The notes beneath the pieces are model-generated. The model saw nothing but the letters and a program-made list of their open reading frames with translations, was not told the origin of the DNA and did not search any database. A stretch of DNA of 42,847 bases from the IMG/VR virus record IMGVR_UViG_3300048855_000185, positions 1-42,847 of that record; one strand, given 5' to 3'. This DNA is from a virus. Lineage: Duplodnaviria; Caudoviricetes. Each line of letters begins with the position of its first letter. The stretch's first letter is position 1. Positions 8,530 to 16,387 of this stretch are shown here, in pieces. A program made the position numbers and the translations under genes.

Positions 8530-8915
8530 AGCGCCGCCTTCACGATGTAGGCCACGCAGCCGGCGGCGGCGCCGATGCAGCCCGCGACCCAATGGGTCGG
8601 TCCAGCGCCCGCGATGATGAAATGCAGGCGCGACCACCAGGGGGCGGCGTCAAAGGCCTTGCGACGGGTGAAGGCGCGCTCCGCGGCTTCCTGGCGGTTG
8701 GCCGCTTCCTCGGTCGAGCGGTGCTGATTGAGGACGGCGGCGCGCAGAGCACGCTCGCTGCGATAACGGAGGACGTTGCCGGCGGCGTCGATGACGGCGA
8801 CCGCTTCGCCAAGATCGCGGCACCAGGCCACGGCTTCGGCGGGGAAGGGGATAATCACCGCCGAGCGAGGGCTCGGGGCGGCTGCATCGGCGAACGGGGT
8901 TCGTGGTGCGTCCAT
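8526..8915 (-). CDS. First gene of the leftward early operon; hypothetical with a C-terminal hydrophobic segment
   Basis: 129 aa; GAGGT RBS upstream of the ATG. Confidence 0.6.
   Translation of the reverse strand: MDAPRTPFADAAAPSPRSAVIIPFPAEAVAWCRDLGEAVAVIDAAGNVLRYRSERALRAAVLNQHRSTEEAANRQEAAERAFTRRKAFDAAPWWSRLHFIIAGAGPTHWVAGCIGAAAGCVAYIVKAAL
8890..8904. repeat. Dispersed palindrome copy 2, GCGAACGGGGTTCGT (start of the first leftward gene)
   Basis: Matches CGAAC-N3-GTTCG. Confidence 0.7.
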
Positions 8916-9000
8916 GTCGGACCTCGCCCCGGCGGTCCTAAATCCGTCCTTCCAAGACTGATCTGCGGACGCCCATCGTCACGTTGGCCGCCGGGTTGGC

Positions 9001-9033
9001 AACTTAGGCAACGATCCGTTGCCTTTGTCAACG
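9001..9033 (-). promoter_or_regulatory. Leftward early promoter/operator (PL/OL-like)
   Basis: Minus-strand TTGACA (9031-9026) followed by the palindrome AGGCAACG-ATC-CGTTGCCT (9006-9024). Confidence 0.65.
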
Positions 9034-9091
9034 ACACGAGGAAACAGCGTGTGTCGTTTTCTCGAATCGAGAGGGCGTGGTGTCCGGCGAT

Positions 9092-9763
9092 CTAGCCGCC
9101 GCGCAGTGCGATCTTGTAGACACCCTTGACCGTCGACATGGGGAACGAGAGGCTTTCTTCGGGGAAGCGAATGCGGACCGTCAGCACGCCTTGGGCGGTC
9201 GAGACGTATTCACTGACGTGAAGGTCGCCGTTGGTCAGCTCGACAACGCAACCGTCGCCGCGCCTGGGCCATTGGCTAGTGTCGTAAATGACGAGTTGGC
9301 CGCTTTCGACGTAGCCGGTCATGGTGTCTCCGGCCACCCGTAGGCTGCGAGCGTCAGGGCCAAACATCCAGCTTAGGTCAACAGACTGTTCGGCCTCATC
9401 CCCGCTGTAAACCTGGGGGCCTGAGGGGCCGGCTCGCACGCGGCCTATGACGGGCAGCTCATACACATTACCGCCGGCGTGGGCGGGGCGAAGGGGATTG
9501 GAGTCGCCCCCAGTGAGGCGATCGCGCTCGCGCAGAAGGTCGTCGCGTGTGACGCCGATCGCCTTGGCGAGATCTTCCTGGATGTCCTCGCGCAGGACCA
9601 CGTCCCGACCAGCTTCATAGTTGCCCCAGGCCTGGCGAGAGACGCCGATGGCCTTGGCCGCTGTGGTTTGCTTGATCCCCGCCCTGGAGCGCAAAGACTT
9701 AAGCGCCTGACCGAGGGCTACAGCCGAGGGAGGCGGGGTTTTGTTGCGGCTTTGTGTGTCCAT
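9092..9763 (-). CDS. CI-like repressor (XRE HTH plus S24-like C-terminal domain)
   Basis: HTH QTTAAKAIGVSRQAWGNYEAG; LPVIGRVRAGP cleavage-loop motif; LRVAGDTM; divergent from a cro-like gene. Start could be further upstream. Confidence 0.88.
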   Translation of the reverse strand: MDTQSRNKTPPPSAVALGQALKSLRSRAGIKQTTAAKAIGVSRQAWGNYEAGRDVVLREDIQEDLAKAIGVTRDDLLRERDRLTGGDSNPLRPAHAGGNVYELPVIGRVRAGPSGPQVYSGDEAEQSVDLSWMFGPDARSLRVAGDTMTGYVESGQLVIYDTSQWPRRGDGCVVELTNGDLHVSEYVSTAQGVLTVRIRFPEESLSFPMSTVKGVYKIALRGG

Positions 9764-9830
9764 CCGTGGATGGAACACCCGCATGTGTGTTGCCGCGACC
9801 GCCAGCATGGTTGCCTCATAGGCCACGCAG

Positions 9831-9866
9831 CGTTGACAAAAGCAACAAATCATTGGCGCTCAAGAA
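9831..9866 (+). promoter_or_regulatory. Rightward early promoter/operator (PR/OR-like)
   Basis: CGTTGACAAAAGCAACAAATCATTG closely matches the leftward CGTTGACAAAGGCAACGGATCGTTG. Confidence 0.65.
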
Positions 9867-9891
9867 GTCCGACCAAAACGGACCGCGCTTC

Positions 9892-10185
9892 ATGCCACTA
9901 TCGCCCCAAGCCCCTAAGGCGCTCGTAAGGCCCGCCCTCGCCAAGTTCATCTGGGAACGTGGCCTCGACTATCGGGCTGCGGGCGAAGCGCTGGGCCGGA
10001 CGGGTGAGTGGGTCCGGCTGGTCTGTCTGCCGTTCGACGATCCTCGCAGGAGGGTGCCCGAGACCGAGGACATGCGGCGGATATTCGATTGGTCGGGGGG
10101 GCAAATCGCCCCTTCCGACTTCTATCCCGAAGAGCTTCGCGGCCCTTCGGGTGGGATCGCCGCCTTTAGCGGTGTTGAGCCATGA
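9892..10185 (+). CDS. Cro-like transcriptional regulator
   Basis: 97 aa, divergent from cI; HTH-like YRAAGEALGRTGEWVR and C-terminal RIFDWSGGQIAPSDFY. Confidence 0.75.
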   Translation: MPLSPQAPKALVRPALAKFIWERGLDYRAAGEALGRTGEWVRLVCLPFDDPRRRVPETEDMRRIFDWSGGQIAPSDFYPEELRGPSGGIAAFSGVEP

Positions 10186-10459
10186 CTGGCTGGGGCTCGC
10201 CAGCGAGGCCTTTCCCGCGCGGGCATTCCCGGCAGGCGGCGCACAGGTGTGTCAGAGCTCGGAGCGCTCCAAATCGCGCTCCCACCGGGTCGGTCGCTTT
10301 GGCGACGCTGAGAACGTCACGGTTGGCCCGGGCTGCGGCGTGTCCGCTCGCATCCATTATCTCGGCACACACCGCGCGCAGGTGCGGCTCGCCGCTCGCG
10401 GCCGCGATGATCGAGATGAGCGCGACGCGCAGTTCCGCTTCTGTTGCGTGCATCGGCAT
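10166..10459 (-). CDS. Possible small antisense-oriented gene
   Basis: 97-aa protein-like ORF convergent on cro, preceded by an AT-rich intergenic region. Confidence 0.35.
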   Translation of the reverse strand: MPMHATEAELRVALISIIAAASGEPHLRAVCAEIMDASGHAAARANRDVLSVAKATDPVGARFGALRALTHLCAACRECPRGKGLAGEPQPVMAQHR

Positions 10460-10748
10460 CAGCCCGGCACCTTCGGGTAATCAGATATGAATTGGCGATC
10501 TGAAGGCAGTCCGCAGCGGTCGGTAAATGAATTAACAGTCGCCACTGACAATAGAGATGGTAGGGCGAGCCGCAATTCGGCTCTGCCCAAATTTACTGTA
10601 AGCACAAATACTACTCCCCAGCCGATAAACAATCGGCAGACGCTATTGTTATTGGCCCCCTACGACCAAGCTTCACTAAAACCAAGACTGTTATCGGTGT
10701 CTCCACACAACTGCTCGTTGGGGTGCGGCAGTTTGACACACCATGACA

Positions 10749-10765
10749 GGCGAACCCGGTTCGCC
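10749..10765. repeat. Dispersed palindrome copy 3, GGCGAACCCGGTTCGCC (intergenic)
   Basis: 17-bp palindrome 10 nt downstream of a TTGACA (10733-10738). Confidence 0.8.
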
Positions 10766-10803
10766 AGCGACGCGAGCCCCCGCCGGTCACTGGCGGTCGC
10801 GCC

Positions 10804-11169
10804 ATGACATCAGCGCGCCAAAGGGAAGCCGCGAGGGTCTGGGGCGAGCTGATCGAGCAGGCGCGCCGGCATGGCGAGGCCGTCGAGGCGGGCGCCGTGA
10901 TCGAGAAGTTCGTCGCGGCCTCGTTCGTGCGGACCGTCAGCCAAGCCGGCAAGTGCCCGTTCCCGCTTCAGCACGTCAGCGCCCAGGCGGCGGGCAAGGC
11001 CTTCCTCGGGATCGCCCAGGCGTTCGTGACCGCCGCCCGCGAGGAGGATCGCCTCGCCATCGGCCGGTTCATGGTCGCCGGCTCGCGCTGTGTCGACGCC
11101 ATCCTGACCGCCCATGCTCACGCCCAGGCGGACGTGTGGCGGCGCAATTTCCCAGACGAGGAGCTGTGA
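10804..11169 (+). CDS. Hypothetical phage protein
   Basis: 121 aa; TGATG-coupled to the MazG-like gene. Confidence 0.65.
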   Translation: MTSARQREAARVWGELIEQARRHGEAVEAGAVIEKFVAASFVRTVSQAGKCPFPLQHVSAQAAGKAFLGIAQAFVTAAREEDRLAIGRFMVAGSRCVDAILTAHAHAQADVWRRNFPDEEL

Positions 11170-11603
11170 TGAAGCCTGTGTTTAAGAGGACCCTGCGCGC
11201 GGCAAACGTCGCCCGACAGGCAGAGTGGCCCGGTCACGACAAGATCGACCTGAGCTATCGCGGCAATGAAATGGCGGGCGAGGTCGGCGAGGCCTGCAAC
11301 GTCATCAAGAAATTGGAGCGCGAGCGGCTCGGAGTGAAGGGCTCGCGCGCCACCGTCGAGCAGCTCGCCGACGAGCTGGCGGATGTGGTGATTTGCGCTG
11401 ACCTAGCCGCGCTCCACATGGGGATCGACCTGGAAGCGGCGATCTCGCGAAAGTTCAACGCGACCTCCGTTGCCCAAGGCCTTGCCACTCGTCTCACCCG
11501 AAGCGCCACGGCGAGCGAATGCGACCTCTCAGTGATCAACGGAGCGACCAGCCGGTGCGAGCGCTGCGGCTCTGCTCGGCATGAACCGTGCGGTGAGGCG
11601 TGA
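11169..11603 (+). CDS. MazG-like nucleotide pyrophosphohydrolase
   Basis: EMAGEVGEACNVIKK...LADELADVVI...IDLEAAISRKFN (ExxE...ExxD motif). Confidence 0.85.
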   Translation: MKPVFKRTLRAANVARQAEWPGHDKIDLSYRGNEMAGEVGEACNVIKKLERERLGVKGSRATVEQLADELADVVICADLAALHMGIDLEAAISRKFNATSVAQGLATRLTRSATASECDLSVINGATSRCERCGSARHEPCGEA

Positions 11604-12094
11604 GCGCCTTTCACCTTAGGGGGCCTGCGATGGCCACGAGGGGGATGACCCTCTCTGACCGTGCTCGCATTCAGCAGCTTGAAGCCCAGGTCGCGGATCT
11701 GACTGAAGAGCTGGAGGCATGGCGCGGCTTTGACGGCGACGCCGAGCGGCGAGCCAAGAACGACGAGCGCGAGGCCCGGGTCCGCACCAGGATCATGCGG
11801 CTTAAGCCGGCCCATCGTCCCTGCATGTACGGGGGCGTGGTCGTTCGGCTTCTCCTGCACTTCATAGACCATCCCGACCGCCTGCACCGCCGCGAGACGC
11901 TGCTCGATGTTGTCGCGGGCGAGGGCTCCGAGAGCTTGCCCAAGGTGGTCGACGTGCGGGTGTCGCACGCGCGCGACGTGGTCGCCTTCGCCGGCTTTGA
12001 CCGGACCATGATCGAGACGCATTGGGGCCGGGGCTATCGCATTACCGCCGCGAACGCCGAGCTGCTCAAGGCCGCTCTGGATGGCGCGCGATGA
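11600..12094 (+). CDS. OmpR/PhoB-type winged-helix protein without receiver domain (CtrA-like C-terminus)
   Basis: RETLLDVV...PKVVDVRVSHAR...IETHWGRGYRI, preceded by a coiled-coil N-terminus. Confidence 0.75.
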   Translation: MSAFHLRGPAMATRGMTLSDRARIQQLEAQVADLTEELEAWRGFDGDAERRAKNDEREARVRTRIMRLKPAHRPCMYGGVVVRLLLHFIDHPDRLHRRETLLDVVAGEGSESLPKVVDVRVSHARDVVAFAGFDRTMIETHWGRGYRITAANAELLKAALDGAR

Positions 12095-12840
12095 GGGCGT
12101 CGGGGGCTGGCTCGGTCATGGCCGATCGTGCGCGGGGCGAAGTCGAGACCGACGACGAACTGCGCGCCCTCTATCGCAAGCTCGAGTTCTTCCCGACGCC
12201 GCCTTGGGCCGGGCGTGCGGGTGGCGAGCTGATCCAGCGCATCGACCCAGGCGCATGGTCGGCGTGGGAGCCGGCCTGCGGGCAGGGCCATATGGCTCAC
12301 GGGCTCGGCGACTACTTCGAGCGGGTTCTCGCCACCGACATCCATGCGCATGGGGCGTTTCAGCACGGCGACCCCGTGGACTTCCTGTCCGACGATGCTG
12401 ACCGCTTCGGCGCCTGCGATTGGATCGTCACCAATCCGCCGTTCGTGCCGGCCGCCCAGTTCGTAGAGGTGGGGTTGCGCCGCGCCGCTCGCGGGGTCGC
12501 GATCCTGGCGCGCGGGAGCTGGTACGAGACGATCGGGCGATATGGCCTGTTCTACGGCGAGACGCGCCTGACGCTCTATGCGCCGTTCTTCGAGCGCGTT
12601 GCCATGAAGCTGGGCGAGTGGGACCCGGACGCTTCGACCGCGACCGCCTACGCCTGGTTCATCTTCATGCACCCGCGCGTGCTGCCTGACTGGCTGCGCG
12701 ATCTGCGGCGCGTCGATCCGCTTCTCGCCGTCACCACGGGCATAGCGCCCGGCACGCGCGAGCGTCTGACCAGGCCCGATGACGTGCGCCGGTTCGGCGT
12801 CGTGGCCGCAGCCCCATTGTTTGAAGGGATGGATCTATGA
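12091..12840 (+). CDS. Orphan amino (N6-A/N4-C) DNA methyltransferase
   Basis: FFPTPPW, motif I WEPACGQGHM, motif IV IVTNPPF. Confidence 0.82.
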   Translation: MRASGAGSVMADRARGEVETDDELRALYRKLEFFPTPPWAGRAGGELIQRIDPGAWSAWEPACGQGHMAHGLGDYFERVLATDIHAHGAFQHGDPVDFLSDDADRFGACDWIVTNPPFVPAAQFVEVGLRRAARGVAILARGSWYETIGRYGLFYGETRLTLYAPFFERVAMKLGEWDPDASTATAYAWFIFMHPRVLPDWLRDLRRVDPLLAVTTGIAPGTRERLTRPDDVRRFGVVAAAPLFEGMDL

Positions 12841-13043
12841 CGAGCCCAGCGAGCGTCTCGCGAGAGTTCTCGGACGGAAGGTCCGAGGCGTGGAGTGGCC
12901 GCGTCAGCGTCACCGACAATTGGCGCGCCTACGTTTCGGACATGCTGAGTGGGCAAGTACGGGCGGGGCGAACCGTCACCGCCGTGCGCCTCCGGCTATG
13001 GACCGGTGAACTGATCGTGCTTCGTCCCCGGCGGGGCGCATGA
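12837..13043 (+). CDS. Hypothetical phage protein
   Basis: 68 aa; ATGA overlaps at both ends. Confidence 0.5.
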   Translation: MTSPASVSREFSDGRSEAWSGRVSVTDNWRAYVSDMLSGQVRAGRTVTAVRLRLWTGELIVLRPRRGA

Positions 13044-13255
13044 CCGCGCGCTACATCCTGCATCCTGGGCCGATCACGGCGGCAGGCGGCGAGATCGTCT
13101 ACGTCGGCGCGCGCCAGCTCGCGCGGCTGTACGGCGTGCGGCCCGTCGACTGCGTCGTCTACGCCGAGCATCCGCGCGACGAGATCCCGCCCGACGCGGT
13201 CGATCTGTGGCCGCAGCGGGACGGCGACTATCAGCTTCCCCAGGGTCCGCGGTGA
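13040..13255 (+). CDS. Hypothetical phage protein
   Basis: MTARYILHPGPI...YVGARQLARLYGV...DLWPQRDGDY; translationally coupled. Confidence 0.65.
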   Translation: MTARYILHPGPITAAGGEIVYVGARQLARLYGVRPVDCVVYAEHPRDEIPPDAVDLWPQRDGDYQLPQGPR

Positions 13256-13497
13256 CCCGGCCTCCTCGGCAAAACGACCTGTTCGGCGCTGCGCCCAAGG
13301 GCGACCGCGACTGTACGCCGGTGTCGATCCGCATGGCTGTGATCGATCAGACGGCCCTCGGGCTGTTCCTCGCCATCGAGGGGCGCAAGGGCACGGCCAA
13401 GTGGGCGCCGCGAGCCCAGGTCAAGGCCGGGGAAGGCCGCGACGAAAACCTATTCACCATGGCGCGCTGGGTGGCGCGTGAGAGGGGCTGGCTGTGA
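13252..13497 (+). CDS. Hypothetical phage protein
   Basis: GTG start; ...KWAPRAQV...FTMARWVARERGWL; GTGA overlaps at both ends. Confidence 0.6.
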   Translation: MTRPPRQNDLFGAAPKGDRDCTPVSIRMAVIDQTALGLFLAIEGRKGTAKWAPRAQVKAGEGRDENLFTMARWVARERGWL

Positions 13498-14525
13498 GTA
13501 ACAAGGCTCTGGACTGGGCATGGGACGCCGACGTCCCTAGCGGTCCTCTTTTCGTGCTGGTGGTGCTGGGGGACCACGCGAGCGATCACTCGGGCGAGGA
13601 TTGGACCTGTTTCCCCTCGGTCGAGCGCATTCGGACGCGCACGCGGTTCAGTCGCGCCACGGTCGAGCGACACCTCGACACCTTGGTCGCGGAGGGTTGG
13701 ATCAGCCGCAAACGGCGTGTCAGACCCGACGGAAGGAAGGGCGTTTATGATTACGTCCTGCATCGCGAGGAAGGGGTTAGGGCGCGCCTGAAGGCCGAGC
13801 GCTCGGGCCATCCAGAGGCCCAAAACGAGGCCGAGCCATGCAGCAATTTGCAGCATGGTCCATGCGTCAGCCTGCAGCATGGTCCATGCGTCAATTTGGA
13901 CGAAACCATGCTGCAAATTGAGCAAAAACCATGCCTCAATTTGCAGCATCAAGAACCCTTAGTAGAACCCTCACTGAACCCACAGACGGGCGTGGGCGCT
14001 GGCGCGGGCGAGCCTGGGGATGACGGGTTCGATCTGGCGTTCGCCGAGTTCCCCGATATCGGCCGTCAGCGGTCCAGCCCGCCGGCGGCGCGAGCGACCT
14101 GGGCGCTGTGGTGCGGTGAGTTCGATCCCACCCAGCTTCTTGCCGCCATCCGCCGCTACAAGGCCGAAGACCCCGACGTGCGGCGCGGCGTCTGCCTGGC
14201 CTTCGAGCGCTGGTTCTCGACCGAACGCTTCCGCCATTGGCTTGGCGAGGGGAGCCCTGTCGAGGCTGCGGCCACGACGCCACGAACCGGGTTCGCTGGG
14301 CCTGCAGAGTTGAGGGCGCTGATCGTTCGGGCGGTGTCGAATGGCGAGGCCTTCGCCCGGTCGTATTTCGACCCTGCGGCTTGGGACGAAGCGACCAACA
14401 CACTGACGCCGGCGACCAGCATGGCCGCCCAGAGGCTGGGCGAGGTCCGGCGCGTGTTTCGAGATTACGGGGCGCAGATCGGCGCCCCGGTTGCGGCCAT
14501 TCGGGCTGCTGGGGGGAAGGCATGA
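13494..14525 (+). CDS. Phage replication initiator (N-terminal HTH, lambda O-like organisation)
   Basis: MSNKALDWAW...VLVVLGDHA...CFPSVERIRTRTRFSRATVERHLDTLVAEGWI; internal iteron repeats. Confidence 0.82.
   Translation: MSNKALDWAWDADVPSGPLFVLVVLGDHASDHSGEDWTCFPSVERIRTRTRFSRATVERHLDTLVAEGWISRKRRVRPDGRKGVYDYVLHREEGVRARLKAERSGHPEAQNEAEPCSNLQHGPCVSLQHGPCVNLDETMLQIEQKPCLNLQHQEPLVEPSLNPQTGVGAGAGEPGDDGFDLAFAEFPDIGRQRSSPPAARATWALWCGEFDPTQLLAAIRRYKAEDPDVRRGVCLAFERWFSTERFRHWLGEGSPVEAAATTPRTGFAGPAELRALIVRAVSNGEAFARSYFDPAAWDEATNTLTPATSMAAQRLGEVRRVFRDYGAQIGAPVAAIRAAGGKA
13836..13951. repeat. Iteron array; putative phage replication origin
   Basis: Repeated CCATGCnnCAATTTGCAGCATGG-like units at ~13836, 13860, 13884 and 13929, plus an inverted unit CCATGCTGCAAATTG at ~13906. 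Confidence 0.8.
14282..14296. repeat. Dispersed palindrome copy 4, ACGAACCGGGTTCGC (inside the replication gene)
   Basis: Matches CGAAC-N3-GTTCG. Confidence 0.75.
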
Positions 14526-15121
14526 TGATGATCGAGCGCAAGGTCGGGGAGACGGTCGGCGTGGTGGGCGAGGCGCCGGATCTGGTTTGGGTCGTGGTGA
14601 CCTCCAAGCCCGGCCAGGAGATCCGCGCCAAGCGGGAGCTGGAGAACCAGGGCTTCGAGGTCTACCTGCCGATGCGGCTTTTCGAGAACAAGGCCAAGGA
14701 GCTGCGCGCCGCGCCGTTCTTCCCTCGGTATCTGTTCGCCCGCGTCCCCTGCGAGGTGAAGCTGTGGCGGTCGATCTTCTCGACCTACGGCGTCAGCGGT
14801 GTGCTCGGCTGCACGCCTGCTCGGGCGGTCGGCATCAGCCCCCAGGTGGTCGCGAAGATCAAGGCGCGGGAGGAGGCCGGCTTCATCAAGCTGGGATTGC
14901 CAGAGCAGGCGCCGACCTTGGAGCGCGGCCAGAGGGTGACCGAGCCCGAGTGGGGTCTCGATGGTATTTTCATCGAGCGTGTTGACGCGAAGCGCGCGGC
15001 GATCCTAGTTTCCTTCATGGGGCGTGATTCGCGCTTCGTGGTTGACCTTCGGACCCTGAAGGCAACTGAGCAGGTTAAAGCACCTCCCGCACCGGACCCC
15101 TCGCGAGGCCGAGTGCGGTAG
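14522..15121 (+). CDS. NusG/RfaH-family antitermination factor (late-gene regulator position)
   Basis: NGN domain WVVVTSKPGQEIRAKRELENQGFEVYLP...PFFPRYLF...STYGVSGVL; KOW-like C-terminus (GQRV...GIF...ILVSFMGR). Confidence 0.88.
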   Translation: MMMIERKVGETVGVVGEAPDLVWVVVTSKPGQEIRAKRELENQGFEVYLPMRLFENKAKELRAAPFFPRYLFARVPCEVKLWRSIFSTYGVSGVLGCTPARAVGISPQVVAKIKAREEAGFIKLGLPEQAPTLERGQRVTEPEWGLDGIFIERVDAKRAAILVSFMGRDSRFVVDLRTLKATEQVKAPPAPDPSRGRVR

Positions 15122-15122
15122 C
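15115..15122 (+). promoter_or_regulatory. ops-like element GCGGTAGC
   Basis: Matches the core of the RfaH ops site (GGCGGTAGnnTG). Lies at the end of the NusG paralog gene, just before a terminator hairpin. Confidence 0.5.
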
Positions 15123-15146
15123 CGTTCAGCCCCCCAGTTCTTCATG

Positions 15147-15184
15147 AGCCCGCCCGGTCCCAGACCGTGGCGGGCTTTGTCGTT
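15147..15184 (+). terminator. Intrinsic terminator-like hairpin before the late operon
   Basis: AGCCCGCCCGGTC-CCA-GACCG(T)GGCGGGCT followed by TTGTCGTT. Confidence 0.6.
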
Positions 15185-15274
15185 CCTAAGGGGTGCGGGC
15201 TTCGGCCTGGCTCTCCTGTCTCAACTGGCGGCGTGGTCGGCCGAGCTGGCCGCGCCGTCCTCTTGTGGAACCCG

Positions 15275-15658
15275 ATGGCAACGAAGCCCAAGAGGTTCCA
15301 CCCGCGAGGGCAGGGGACCGCACAGCAGCGAGCCCGAGAGATCGACGCCCGCCGAGGTTCGGCCAGGGAGCGCGGCTACACCGCCGAGTGGGACAGGGCT
15401 TCGGCTCACCACCTCGCACAACATCCGCTCTGCCAGTATTGCGCCGTCGGAGCATTCGGCGAGATCCGCGAAAGCGCCGCCGGTCTGACTGACCACCTGT
15501 TCCCCCATCGCGGCGACCGCGAACTGTTCTGGCGAACTGAGTGGTGGGTGAGCTGCTGCACCGCCTGCCACTCAGGCCCGAAGCAAGCCCTTGAACGTCT
15601 CGGCCTTGGCGGGCTTCAGAGATTGGCGCGGCGTCTCGGGAGACCGGCGCTCCCCTGA
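15275..15658 (+). CDS. HNH endonuclease (HK97 gp74-like terminase cofactor)
   Basis: RGSARERGY...HPLCQYC...DHLFPHRGD..LFW...CTACHS; directly upstream of terS. Confidence 0.88.
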   Translation: MATKPKRFHPRGQGTAQQRAREIDARRGSARERGYTAEWDRASAHHLAQHPLCQYCAVGAFGEIRESAAGLTDHLFPHRGDRELFWRTEWWVSCCTACHSGPKQALERLGLGGLQRLARRLGRPALP

Positions 15659-15745
15659 CGACCCCAGGGGGGTGGGGCAAAGTCTCCCCCCCGCCGCGCG
15701 GCGGACCGGTGGGCAATGCAAAAATTGTCGCCGCGATATTTTCAC
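15659..15745. other. Probable cos region
   Basis: HNH-terS intergenic region with a G-run (CCCCAGGGGGGTGGGGCAAAGTC). This is the usual cos position in HK97-like phages; exact overhang not determined. Confidence 0.45.
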
Positions 15746-15769
15746 CAGATGTTTTTTTAGGAGGGACCG

Positions 15770-16387
15770 ATGGGCCGCCGTCCTGTTCCTCCCGCTCAGA
15801 AAGCGGCGCGCGGCCAGCCGGCTAAGCGCATCTCCCGCATCCAGCGCGAGGCGGCCGAGCGCGAAGCCGCCGCCGTCGAGCTGGCGGCGATGCCGGTGGG
15901 GACGAAGGTCGATCCGCCGGAGCGACTTCGCGCCACGCACTACGCCGGCGCGCTCTCAGTCTGGCGCGAGCTTGGGCCGGAGCTGGAGCGTACGAACCGC
16001 TTGCAGCCCATCCACCGCCAAGCCTTCGCGATGTTCTGCATCTACATCGCCGAGTGGTGGGCGGCCTGCGATGACCTGGCCAAGGGCGGTCGGTCGCAGA
16101 AAGTGAAGACCGTCTCGGGCAGCATGATGGAGCGGGACCGCCCGGCGGTGCGCTGGCGGGCCGAGGCCTACTCGGCGGCCCAAGACGCAGCCAAGCATTT
16201 CGGCCTGACGCCGCGCGAAGAGTACGCGCTGTTCAAGGATCAGAGCACCGTCGCCCGCGACAACCCCGGCCTGTTCGGCGGCAAGCCGGCGGCGGCCAAC
16301 GACCCGGCTGAAACGCCCAGCTCCATCGGCGGCATGTCGCGGATGAAGTCGGCGGCACCGCCTGAAAGGCCCCGTAGCGTGAACTGA
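15770..16387 (+). CDS. terS: Terminase small subunit (P27 family)
   Basis: MGRRPVP...PPERL...VWRELGPEL...FAMFC...KHFGLTP; GGAGG RBS. Confidence 0.85.
   Translation: MGRRPVPPAQKAARGQPAKRISRIQREAAEREAAAVELAAMPVGTKVDPPERLRATHYAGALSVWRELGPELERTNRLQPIHRQAFAMFCIYIAEWWAACDDLAKGGRSQKVKTVSGSMMERDRPAVRWRAEAYSAAQDAAKHFGLTPREEYALFKDQSTVARDNPGLFGGKPAAANDPAETPSSIGGMSRMKSAAPPERPRSVN

Noticed and set aside
10749-10765. Reading the dispersed palindrome as a LexA/SOS box
   Set aside because: The Gram-positive box is GAAC-N4-GTTC and the alphaproteobacterial box is the direct repeat GTTC-N7-GTTC. This motif has an N3 spacer.
10487-10807. 106-aa plus-strand ORF across the AT-rich region
   Set aside because: Atypical composition and no RBS or motif; more likely non-coding.
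15124-15140. GTTC...GTTC pair as a possible LexA box
   Set aside because: Spacer is 9 nt, not 7.
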